From a virus, in the UHGV virus genome UHGV-1376485: a DNA stretch of 18,227 nucleotides; one strand, 5' to 3'. Position 1 is the first letter of the stretch. Each line of letters starts with the position of its first letter. Both the position numbers and the translations under genes were made by a program. Below, one piece after another: positions 9,140 through 16,961 of the stretch. The notes beneath the pieces are model-generated. The model was not told where the DNA came from. It searched no databases and worked only from the letters and a program-made list of their open reading frames with translations.

Positions 9140-9562
9140 ATGGAAAAAGGTGAATTACACGTACAATATACACAAACTGACGCATTTCACACATTTATAT
9201 ATGCAGGTGATATAAAATTACTTTATTTTTTAATGGTATTAATGTTAATTGATATTATTACAGGTTTAGCTAAAGCCTTTAAAAATAAAAACTTATGGAG
9301 TAGAAAAAGCATGTATGGATTTGGTCGTAAAATACTCATTTTCTGTATTATCATTTTAGCAAATATCATTGATCAAATATTAAATCTAAACAATGGTTTA
9401 TTAATGGTAACAATCTTTTTCTATATTACGAATGAGGGATTATCTATTGTTGAAAACTGTGCAGAAATGGGGGTTCTGATTCCCGAAGAAATAGGTGAAA
9501 AATTAAAAGTCATTCGTAGTCGTGACAATAAACCGATGAAAGAAGTAGATAAAGATGAATGA
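9140..9562 (+). CDS. Holin-like small membrane protein, ~140 aa from the ATG at 9140. It has three hydrophobic helices and a highly charged C-terminal tail, like the phi29 gp14 / Phage_holin_4 type.
   Basis: Predicted TM segments are LLYFLMVLMLIDIITGLAKAF, ILIFCIIILANIIDQIL and LLMVTIFFYIT. The charged C-terminus is EEIGEKLKVIRSRDNKPMKEVDKDE. The longer ORF starting at 9101 overlaps the upstream gene and lacks an RBS, whereas the ATG at 9140 has aagtagg upstream. The gene sits directly before the tail lysin gene, as phi29 genes 13-14-15 are clustered. Confidence 0.6.
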   Translation: MEKGELHVQYTQTDAFHTFIYAGDIKLLYFLMVLMLIDIITGLAKAFKNKNLWSRKSMYGFGRKILIFCIIILANIIDQILNLNNGLLMVTIFFYITNEGLSIVENCAEMGVLIPEEIGEKLKVIRSRDNKPMKEVDKDE

Positions 9563-10976
9563 TAAAGAAAAAATTGACAAGTTTATACATTCTAACTTAA
9601 ATGATGATTTTGGATTAAGTGTTGATGATTTAGTGCCTAAAGTCAAAGGGATTGGACGATTTCAAGCGTGGTGTGGTAATGATTCAAGCAAAATTAGGCA
9701 GGTCTTGAATGCAGTTAAAAGCATTGGGGTATCACCTGCCCTATTTAGTGCTTATGAAAAAAATGAGGGATATAATGGTAGTTGGGGTTGGCTTAACCAT
9801 ACAACGCCACAGGGTAATTATTTATCAGACGCACAATTTGTTGCACGTAAACTTGTGTCTCAATCTCGTCAAGCAGGTACACCCTCATGGATTGACGCAG
9901 GAAATCCCGTAGACTTTGTGCCTGCAAGTGTAAAAGCAAAAGGTAATTATGATTTTTCACATAATATGAAAAATGGTAAAGTCGGTCGTGCCTATATTCC
10001 ACTGACTGCAGCTGCAACTTGGGCTGCATATTATCCTGAGGGATTACAAGCAAGTTATAACCGAGTGCAAACATATGGAAATCCATTCTTAGACGCTTCA
10101 AACACGATTTTAGCTTGGGGTGGAAAAATAGACGGTAAAGGAGGTTCAAGTAGTGGTTCAAGTAGTTCTAGTGGCTCTAGTGGTGGGCTTGATGTTGTTG
10201 CACGTGCCTTTGAGGAATTTCTTAAAAAATTACAAGACAGTATGCAGTGGGATTTGCACTCTATTGGTACTGATAAATTTTTTTCAAATCAGATGTTTAC
10301 CATTACAAAAACATACAATAACACCTATCGTTTAAATATGAATCAAAAATTACTTGATGAAATGAAAGACTTAATATCAAGAATCGACGGGGGTGGTGGA
10401 AAAGATACAGGTGCCGATGATAGTGAGGGTGGCGCAGATAAAGGGGGTAAATCAGTTGCACCTAATGGTAAAAGTGGACGTGTGATTGGTGGTAACTGGA
10501 CTTATTCTCAATTACCACAAAAATATAAAGACGCTATTGACGTGCCACTATTTAAACCTAGTTATCTAAATAACAGTGGTAATACATTTCCGAGGTTTGG
10601 TAATACAGGTCAATGTACAGAATTGACACAGTGTTATATGACACAATTACATGGTAAAGTACAACCTGCCGACGACGGACAAGTCACAAACGGTCAACGT
10701 GTGTGGGTGGTATATCGTAATCGTGGCGCACGTGTCACACATCGACCAACAGTTGGATATGGATTTAGTAGTAAACCCCCTTATTTACAAGCCTCATTAC
10801 CCGGTGTCGGACATACGGGTGTCGTAGTAGCAGTATTCAAAGACGGTTCATTTTTAGTAGCCAATTATAACGTCCCACCTTATTGGGCGCCTAGTCGTGT
10901 TGTTGAATATACATTGATTGACGGTGTACCTGAAAATGCAGGGGATAATATTATGTTTTTTAGTGGCATTAAGTAA
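9555..10976 (+). CDS. Virion-associated peptidoglycan hydrolase (tail-tip lysin), 473 aa. It has an N-terminal lysozyme-like/glycosidase-like domain, a Gly/Ser-rich linker, and a C-terminal CHAP peptidase domain. It is the functional analogue of phi29 gp13.
   Basis: The C-terminus has Cys in TGQCTELTQCY and His in LPGVGHTGVVVAVF...NYN, a typical CHAP Cys-His arrangement. Low-complexity linkers GKGGSSSGSSSSSGSSGG and GGGGKDTGADDSEGGADKGGKS separate the domains. The ATG overlaps the last codons of the holin gene, suggesting translational coupling. Confidence 0.8.
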   Translation: MNDKEKIDKFIHSNLNDDFGLSVDDLVPKVKGIGRFQAWCGNDSSKIRQVLNAVKSIGVSPALFSAYEKNEGYNGSWGWLNHTTPQGNYLSDAQFVARKLVSQSRQAGTPSWIDAGNPVDFVPASVKAKGNYDFSHNMKNGKVGRAYIPLTAAATWAAYYPEGLQASYNRVQTYGNPFLDASNTILAWGGKIDGKGGSSSGSSSSSGSSGGLDVVARAFEEFLKKLQDSMQWDLHSIGTDKFFSNQMFTITKTYNNTYRLNMNQKLLDEMKDLISRIDGGGGKDTGADDSEGGADKGGKSVAPNGKSGRVIGGNWTYSQLPQKYKDAIDVPLFKPSYLNNSGNTFPRFGNTGQCTELTQCYMTQLHGKVQPADDGQVTNGQRVWVVYRNRGARVTHRPTVGYGFSSKPPYLQASLPGVGHTGVVVAVFKDGSFLVANYNVPPYWAPSRVVEYTLIDGVPENAGDNIMFFSGIK

Positions 10977-10979
10977 AAA

Positions 10980-10992
10980 TTATGCTATAATA
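10980..10992 (+). promoter_or_regulatory. Extended -10 promoter-like element (TTATGcTATAAT) immediately downstream of the last late gene. It is directed at a non-coding interval.
   Basis: It has the same TTATGnTATAATA module as 156-167, 7305-7317 and 13405-13416(-). TG is at 10983-10984 and TATAAT at 10986-10991. It is followed by a small hairpin, ctagaacattctag, at 11000-11013. Confidence 0.4.
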
Positions 10993-10997
10993 TAAGT

Positions 10998-11107
10998 ATG
11001 CTAGAACATTCTAGTAAAAAAACAACAAAACATAATCCGTATGGCAAACGTCACTTGTCACTATACCTCGTAAAAAAAGACGCTACTATCATGTAGCGTC
11101 ATTTTTT
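10998..11107 (+). ncRNA. Candidate ~110-nt small RNA, speculative. It would be transcribed from the 10980-10992 promoter to the bidirectional terminator, antisense to the 3' end of the DNA polymerase mRNA.
   Basis: It is bounded by a promoter-like element and a strong intrinsic terminator and contains no ORF. The whole hypothesis rests on these sequence signals. No conservation or structure evidence is available here. Confidence 0.25.
11072..11107. terminator. Bidirectional rho-independent terminator between the convergent late (+) and early/replication (-) transcription units.
   Basis: A7 run at 11072-11078, then the stem gacgcta/tagcgtc at 11079-11085/11094-11100 with loop ctatcatg, then aTTTTTTat at 11101-11108. 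An A-run on one side and a T-run on the other give a U-tract on both strands. The polymerase stop codon (rc TGA, 11089-11091) lies in the loop. Confidence 0.8.
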
Positions 11108-13380
11108 ATGTCTTGATGAACCATATATAAAATGTTAATATCACATTTATTTTTAATTTCAAATTGATAAGGAAATAAGTCACTAAATGAAAATGCACCA
11201 ACATCACTTTCAATATATAATATATCATCGTCATTAACATCATCATATTCACGTCTTGCTTGTTTTAATACATCTTCTTTTCTATCCTCTAATTCTTTAG
11301 TGAAATAAAAATCATAAGGCGTACCCTTTTCAATATATGTTTTTGACGGATAAATAGATATTGTTTTTTGTTCGTTATAAATGGATTTATTGTTATACAC
11401 AATTGCTTTATGGTGAAAATCATTCTTTATAAATTCTTCAAAAGATTGATTTTTATTAAATGCGTCTAATGGAATACCTGCACTAGCTATTTTAATTGTA
11501 TTATCTTCTTTTTGGTAGGCGTACTTTTTATGATTGAGTACATACATTTTTTTAATAACGTGATTTTCAATGTCCCACTTACCTAATGCAATTGGGTCAA
11601 ATAATTCATCATTGATTTTATGTTTAATTTTTGATTTCAAATATAAACTGTCTGTATCACAATAAATAAAACATTCATCAATTTCAGATTGTGTTAGAGA
11701 CTTTAGGGGTTCAAGTAAGTTATAAAGCGCTTGTGATGTAACAAAAGTTGAAAACAACAAATTGCGTTCACTGTTTTTATATCCATTTTCATGGTTAACT
11801 AAAAAACCGTCCTCATCACGTCTAAACAAATTAAAATGTGACCGTAAAGCAGGTATACCATACAGACCATTTAAAACAACTTTACTTAACATAATTTCTT
11901 CTTGTGAATAGGTATGTGTATTCACTTCATCAGTAATTTTATAGTTATAGGGTGAATCCATAATGATTTTTTTATTTAATTTACCCTGTGTTTTAATAAA
12001 ATAATTATGATGAATAATATCACGAGCGCCAAAGTATTCACATTCATAGCATACAAAAGCAAACACATTTATTTTGTCAAAAGTTAAACCCGTTAAATCT
12101 TCAATCATGCGTAAAGTGTTTGTATTTATGTTAACAAACTTTTTATCATTATTGTAGTATTTAACAAGACATTGTTTAATTAAATCACTTTCAATATTTC
12201 TTAAAATAGTACGATTGAATGTGACTTTATCCATTTTATAAAGTGAAAAATAATCTTTATTAGTTAAATCAATGTGTATCGTTGTCGGTTGTTCATATTC
12301 ATCAAAATCATAAATATACATTGGTAATTTTTCATGATACATCACATAGGGATAACTACTATTAATGTCTATTGAAAAACATTCCTCATTGATGATTTTA
12401 TCAACATAACGTGAATTATACATATTTAATCCACCACGATAGAAACCCTTAATAAAGTCATAAAAATTCATATCAAAAAAAGTAAAATCTGTGTATGATA
12501 TTTTTTGCTTTCCTTTTTGGTTTAATAATTGTAATCGTGTTGTTTCATTATTGATATAACTTTTCATAATATTTACACTAAAGGTCATTGCACTATAATC
12601 AAAATTAGGAAATATATCACTATAATGTATGTGGCACATACCTAATATGATGACATCGTTTCTAATATAGGTCATTTGTGATTCTGTAAGTTGATGAAAA
12701 CATTCATAAGCATAATCATAGGCTTGTGTATCTGTCATATCATGTTCTACATCAAACACATCATATTGAAAATCAGTTTTTAATTCATCTTCACTAATAT
12801 AGCCACCGTCTTTGAGTTTTTTTCCTAGTGTAGCAATTGATGTATTGGTTTTCATAAAGTTATCAATGATATTAAACTTAAATCCTTTCAAATACATCAT
12901 TAAATCTAAATTGATACTTGATTTAACACGTTTTTCTAAAATCACATTTGTTTCTTTTGATAATAATTTTGCTTCATTGATATTAATCGTATTTTCGTTA
13001 TCTTCTGCACTTTTCATAAATAAATTTTCTATCACTAAATTATCACCAAAGAAATTTTGTGTATCGTGTAGTAGAAAGTGATTATCATATTTATTACAGT
13101 TATGTGCTATCATGTTGATTGTCGTTTTTGATTTAGTGATGGTATCACGACGTTTTGCATAATCAAAAAAGGATTCATAAAAGGATTTAAAACTTGGAAA
13201 AACTTCAACATCAATGTGTTTTCCGTCATACCAACCAATTGCAAGACTATAAGTGACATTTTTATATTTTGTCGGTTTTTCTCTACCTGCAACCTTATTA
13301 TAGTTTAATGTTTCAATATCCCAATAAAGATATAAATTTTTTTGACCTTTATGTTTTTGCATTGCTTCTAATAATCCCAT
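11089..13380 (-). CDS. Protein-primed family-B DNA polymerase (phi29-type), 763 aa.
   Basis: Exo I YLYWDIETL (D-x-E), Exo II IAHNCNKYDNHFL, Exo III YIRNDVIIL, motif A DINSSYPYVM, motif B KVVLNGLYG (Kx3NSxYG) and motif C YCDTDS are all present in the canonical order. RBS agaggtg upstream of the ATG at 13380. Confidence 0.97.
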   Translation of the reverse strand: MGLLEAMQKHKGQKNLYLYWDIETLNYNKVAGREKPTKYKNVTYSLAIGWYDGKHIDVEVFPSFKSFYESFFDYAKRRDTITKSKTTINMIAHNCNKYDNHFLLHDTQNFFGDNLVIENLFMKSAEDNENTININEAKLLSKETNVILEKRVKSSINLDLMMYLKGFKFNIIDNFMKTNTSIATLGKKLKDGGYISEDELKTDFQYDVFDVEHDMTDTQAYDYAYECFHQLTESQMTYIRNDVIILGMCHIHYSDIFPNFDYSAMTFSVNIMKSYINNETTRLQLLNQKGKQKISYTDFTFFDMNFYDFIKGFYRGGLNMYNSRYVDKIINEECFSIDINSSYPYVMYHEKLPMYIYDFDEYEQPTTIHIDLTNKDYFSLYKMDKVTFNRTILRNIESDLIKQCLVKYYNNDKKFVNINTNTLRMIEDLTGLTFDKINVFAFVCYECEYFGARDIIHHNYFIKTQGKLNKKIIMDSPYNYKITDEVNTHTYSQEEIMLSKVVLNGLYGIPALRSHFNLFRRDEDGFLVNHENGYKNSERNLLFSTFVTSQALYNLLEPLKSLTQSEIDECFIYCDTDSLYLKSKIKHKINDELFDPIALGKWDIENHVIKKMYVLNHKKYAYQKEDNTIKIASAGIPLDAFNKNQSFEEFIKNDFHHKAIVYNNKSIYNEQKTISIYPSKTYIEKGTPYDFYFTKELEDRKEDVLKQARREYDDVNDDDILYIESDVGAFSFSDLFPYQFEIKNKCDINILYMVHQDIKNDAT

Positions 13381-13404
13381 GTTCTACACCTCTAATCAAA
13401 AACC

Positions 13405-13450
13405 ATTATATCATAAAAAAAGCAATATGTAAAAACTTTACACATTGCTT
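13405..13450 (-). promoter_or_regulatory. Minus-strand terminator-plus-promoter module between the packaging ATPase and polymerase genes. A hairpin (13421-13430/13440-13449, one mismatch) and a U7 run (+ strand A-run 13414-13420) are followed by the extended -10 TTATGaTATAAT (rc of 13405-13416).
   Basis: The ATPase stop codon (13438-13440) lies inside the hairpin loop region. The -10 is followed by RBS agaggtg and the polymerase ATG. It is the same TTATGnTATAAT module as the three plus-strand copies. Confidence 0.55.
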
Positions 13451-14697
13451 ATAAATGATTTTACTAGATTTTTTTTAGTTCTTTCAATGTAGTTATCATG
13501 ATACATTTTTTCTTTTTGTTCAAAAGGTTGATACCCTTTTTTGTTACGTTCTGTTTTTAAATGATACTTTATAATCTTGTTCATGTTTAAATGTATGAAA
13601 TCATCTTCATTGAGTATAAATGATTTACTGTAAGCATTATCAAAATGAAGATTTGAGGGGTTATAATAACGCCTTTGATGATTATCTTTATAAAAAGAAT
13701 CTTTTAAAAATAATGCACCATGTTCAACATCTGATACATCAGTACAAAATTGGTAATTTTCAGAATAAGGTACGACTTTAATATTCGTTTGATAATCATT
13801 TAAGTTATACATCACTTTAATATAGTTATAGGGGGTTTTGATATGGAAAAAGTTACCATTACTTGATATGTGCGCCCTCAAATAATCGTCTGCTAAATTG
13901 AATGTATTAAAATCAAATTCACCTGTTGTCATAGAATCATCATCAGTATTAAATGCACGTGTGTTACGATTCTCATTAGAAAATTCATTTCTTCTCATCT
14001 CAAGCATGATATTACCATACTGACGTTTGCTATTCATACCAAATTTTGAGTGATGTTGTAATTGTTCATAAATATTTAAGTTTGCGAGTAGTGGACTTGA
14101 AAAGTTTACGGCATTTCCTAGTAATACAATTTTTGGTATTTTGATATATTCAATATTACCATGGTTACGGTCAATACTTTCATATATGGTTTTCAACTTT
14201 TCCCACTCATCTATGAGATAGTCACTTTCTAATGCTAAAAACTCATCATAAATAATGATAGGAAAATTCTTCATAAAGTTAGAATGATATTTTAAATCGG
14301 TTGCATTATTAAGGTGAGTAATAATACCAATTTCTTTATCACCATAACCCACTGCAATATAATCTTGCGTATTTCTAAAAAATAACTCTTTATCATTAAA
14401 ATGTTTTTGTTCAATACATATTCTTTCAAGTAATTCACGATAAGCGTCACGTAATGTATGATGTCTTGCTAGTAAAGTAAATTTAATATCTAAATCAATA
14501 GCTAACTTCATAAAAAATGCAACATAGTTAAATGTTTTACCGTCTGAACGGTTGGATATGGAAATTAAAAAATCAATATCTAAATTCATTAAGTCATCTG
14601 CAAGTTCAATTTGATTATATTGTTTTGGAATTGAACGTCTAAACTTAGTAACAAAATTTTGATAGTCTTTGACTTCATTTAATCGTGACTTTTTCAT
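13438..14697 (-). CDS. DNA encapsidation (packaging) ATPase, phi29 gp16-like, 419 aa.
   Basis: Walker A-like SNRSDGKTF (compare phi29 gp16 GARGIGKSY) and Walker B IIYDEFLALE (phi29 IVFDEFI) sit at comparable positions. Strong RBS aaggagg upstream of the ATG. Confidence 0.82.
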   Translation of the reverse strand: MKKSRLNEVKDYQNFVTKFRRSIPKQYNQIELADDLMNLDIDFLISISNRSDGKTFNYVAFFMKLAIDLDIKFTLLARHHTLRDAYRELLERICIEQKHFNDKELFFRNTQDYIAVGYGDKEIGIITHLNNATDLKYHSNFMKNFPIIIYDEFLALESDYLIDEWEKLKTIYESIDRNHGNIEYIKIPKIVLLGNAVNFSSPLLANLNIYEQLQHHSKFGMNSKRQYGNIMLEMRRNEFSNENRNTRAFNTDDDSMTTGEFDFNTFNLADDYLRAHISSNGNFFHIKTPYNYIKVMYNLNDYQTNIKVVPYSENYQFCTDVSDVEHGALFLKDSFYKDNHQRRYYNPSNLHFDNAYSKSFILNEDDFIHLNMNKIIKYHLKTERNKKGYQPFEQKEKMYHDNYIERTKKNLVKSFISNV

Positions 14698-14755
14698 TTT
14701 TTAACCTCCTTATCTGAATAATATTCAATAATATCATCAACAGTTTCAAACATAA

Positions 14756-15259
14756 TTAACCCACCTGTCTAACATAATAGACAACGTTGTATTTGACTTG
14801 TTTTTTATTCACAATACTATCTACTTTTGTAGCTTCTTCAAGTTCTTCAAATAGTTCTTGAGTTGATTTAATAAAGTGGGATATTTCTTGTGAACCGTCA
14901 TTGTCTTTAACTGCTTCTTGGAATAAGTGGCGTTTGTGCATATTACCTTTTTGTTCCCAATCATAGTCAAGTTGTTTATAGACATTTTCTATTTCTGTTA
15001 ATTTTTCTTGGTTTTTACCACTCACTAAACTTTTAGCGTCAATATAAGCGATTTTTTTTGGTTTAGGTAATTTTACTTTACCTTTTTCAACAAATAGATT
15101 GTTAAAATGATTATATTCATGAATGTATTCTTTTTGTAATTCTTCATCATCAAATAAAAAAACAAATCCGTCACGTTCATAGGTTGATTGTTTTTTTGTT
15201 GTTGCTTCACGAAAAGCATTTGAACGTGCAATACGATTACTTTTGTTCCCTCTTTTCAT
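14756..15259 (-). CDS. 167-aa protein of unknown function with a basic N-terminus (MKRGNKSNRIARSNAFREATTKKQ) and an acidic C-terminus. It is a candidate DNA-binding or terminal-protein-like factor, speculatively.
   Basis: RBS gaggtg upstream of the ATG. It lies in the leftward operon two genes upstream of the DNA polymerase. No recognisable motif was found. Confidence 0.5.
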   Translation of the reverse strand: MKRGNKSNRIARSNAFREATTKKQSTYERDGFVFLFDDEELQKEYIHEYNHFNNLFVEKGKVKLPKPKKIAYIDAKSLVSGKNQEKLTEIENVYKQLDYDWEQKGNMHKRHLFQEAVKDNDGSQEISHFIKSTQELFEELEEATKVDSIVNKKQVKYNVVYYVRQVG

Positions 15260-15269
15260 TGTCTACACC

Positions 15270-16514
15270 TCAATCAAAATTTTTATGATATGTTTCTACA
15301 ATGCGATAATACATCATTTCATGACCCCATTTTGTTGGGTGTAAACCGTCTTTCATAGACGATTGTCTAAATTTTTCATCATAAGGATTGATTAATGAAT
15401 CGTCATAAGCGTTATATAAGGCTAATCCTAAATCTTTAGTTGCTTTCACTTGTGAATCAACATAAGTTTTTAATGTATAACCTTTTTTATTCTTATCTGT
15501 ATCACGTCTTATAACTTTTCCTGTATCATCAATTTTAGCTTGTTTCGTTGGTGTAATTACAACGATTTTAGCTTTTGGGTTATTTTCTTTAACCGTTTCA
15601 ACAACCTTATAAAATGCACCGATATATGTTTTTGTATCAGTAAGTTTATTACCTACTTCAACACCTGCATTTGAGTTGTATAACCAATCATCGTCAGTAC
15701 CCTGTATAATCACGAATTCATTATCTTTGAGTTGTTTTGCTTGATTTAATATATTATTGTCTTTAACTTCACTCATTGTGGCACTGCTTACTGATAAGTT
15801 TTGAATTTTTGCACCTGTTTTTTCTTTGATGTAATCACCAAAGTTATATGAAGCATGCGCACCTTTACCCACACTGTCACCAATGATTCCAACAGATTTA
15901 ACATATTGTATTGATGAAACGGGTGTATAGTCTTTCATCACTGTACCATTTAATGTTTTAATGGTTCTTACTTTTGGTGTATGTTCTTCTGGTGGTAGGG
16001 GTTTTGTATCAGGTTTCTTATTTGGTGGTGTCACGTCTTGTTCTGTTTTATGTGGGTATGTTCCACTCGCTTTATTATGTGGGTAAATATGCTTATTCTG
16101 ATTAGCTTCATATTCAAATTGATGATACATATATTCATCAATGAGTTGTCCGTCTTTATAAATCAATATATGTGAATCATCATCATTAATTAACCAAATA
16201 TCTGATGTTGTATTTAAAAATAATAAATCCTTAATAGCAATATTTTGATGTTCACGATAATTTCCGTACATATCTTTCTCTAGGAAATAGTCAATCGGTG
16301 TATTTAATGTGATTTCAATTTCTTCTATAACATTAAATAAATCATTTTTGTTTATAATATAGGTTTCTACTACTGCACTATGGTCAAATATGACATATGA
16401 ACCATTATTTGAGTGAAACTTTTCAGATGTTACACCATTACGCCACGCCCAATCAACTAATTCATTTAAATGTAATTTCATTTGATGTTTAATTATCAAA
16501 ATATTTTCCCTCAC
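15270..16514 (-). CDS. Two-domain protein. An N-terminal domain of unknown function is joined through a Pro/Thr/Lys-rich linker to a C-terminal SGNH/GDSL-family hydrolase (esterase/deacetylase-like) domain.
   Basis: Block I GIIGDSVG (GDSx), block III QGTDDDW (GxND-like) and block V DGLHPT (DxxH) are present in canonical SGNH order. The linker is TPPNKKPDTKPLPPEEHTPK. The listed start is a GTG with no SD. The ATG at 16481 (MKLHLNEL...), 7 nt after the upstream gene's stop, is the likelier start (~403 aa). Confidence 0.75.
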   Translation of the reverse strand: MRENILIIKHQMKLHLNELVDWAWRNGVTSEKFHSNNGSYVIFDHSAVVETYIINKNDLFNVIEEIEITLNTPIDYFLEKDMYGNYREHQNIAIKDLLFLNTTSDIWLINDDDSHILIYKDGQLIDEYMYHQFEYEANQNKHIYPHNKASGTYPHKTEQDVTPPNKKPDTKPLPPEEHTPKVRTIKTLNGTVMKDYTPVSSIQYVKSVGIIGDSVGKGAHASYNFGDYIKEKTGAKIQNLSVSSATMSEVKDNNILNQAKQLKDNEFVIIQGTDDDWLYNSNAGVEVGNKLTDTKTYIGAFYKVVETVKENNPKAKIVVITPTKQAKIDDTGKVIRRDTDKNKKGYTLKTYVDSQVKATKDLGLALYNAYDDSLINPYDEKFRQSSMKDGLHPTKWGHEMMYYRIVETYHKNFD

Positions 16515-16734
16515 TTTCTAAATCATTTAGTATATGCGTAATTTCAAATAAAGCATTTTCTAATTTCTCTCTTTGTTCTTTTGTTAAATCGTAATCATTG
16601 AGAGCATTAACAATATTATAATATGCTTTAATCAAATTCATGTAATCACTCCTTTTATAATTAACGATTGAAACAAGTATTAAAGCAATTATACCATATA
16701 AACATAATCCTATTGTAACAATTGTACCAAACAT
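16489..16734 (-). CDS. Small early membrane-anchored protein, 81 aa. It has one N-terminal transmembrane helix and a charged, helical cytoplasmic C-terminus.
   Basis: The TM segment is MFGTIVTIGLCLYGIIALILVSIVNY, followed by KRSDY...TKEQREKLENALFEITHILNDLESEG. RBS aaagggg upstream of the ATG. Confidence 0.55.
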   Translation of the reverse strand: MFGTIVTIGLCLYGIIALILVSIVNYKRSDYMNLIKAYYNIVNALNDYDLTKEQREKLENALFEITHILNDLESEGKYFDN

Positions 16735-16737
16735 AAA

Positions 16738-16956
16738 CTAAACCCCTTTATATGAATTTAAATTAATAACAATATTAAACGTACCGTCTTTATCAGTAAT
16801 TGTTATATACTCACATTTAATATCATCAAGAAATTTTAATGTACGACTTAAATATTCTTTACTTCTTTGACAAAGAATAATAAAACCTTTGTTTCTTGTA
16901 TAATCTTTTTCTATTGTATCAATAATACTTTTTTCAAACGCTAACATATTTATCAC
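16738..16956 (-). CDS. Small early protein of unknown function, 69-72 aa.
   Basis: The listed start is a GTG at 16956. The ATG at 16947 has a well-spaced SD (ggagtg then 6 nt) and is preferred. The stop is separated from the downstream gene start by 3 nt. Confidence 0.5.
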   Translation of the reverse strand: MINMLAFEKSIIDTIEKDYTRNKGFIILCQRSKEYLSRTLKFLDDIKCEYITITDKDGTFNIVINLNSYKGV

Positions 16957-16961
16957 TCCAT

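Noticed and set aside
156-13454. Seventeen nested or antisense ORFs of 60-122 aa listed in the six-frame track (for example 156..377-, 486..737-, 838..1026-, 1435..1638-, 2968..3186-, 3546..3873-, 4828..5174, 6922..7310, 9709..10335, 12812..13454)
   Set aside because: All lie entirely inside, and mostly antisense to, large ORFs that have strong RBSs and recognisable domains. They lack SD sequences and have low-complexity, AT-codon-driven compositions. They are treated as frame noise from an AT-rich genome.
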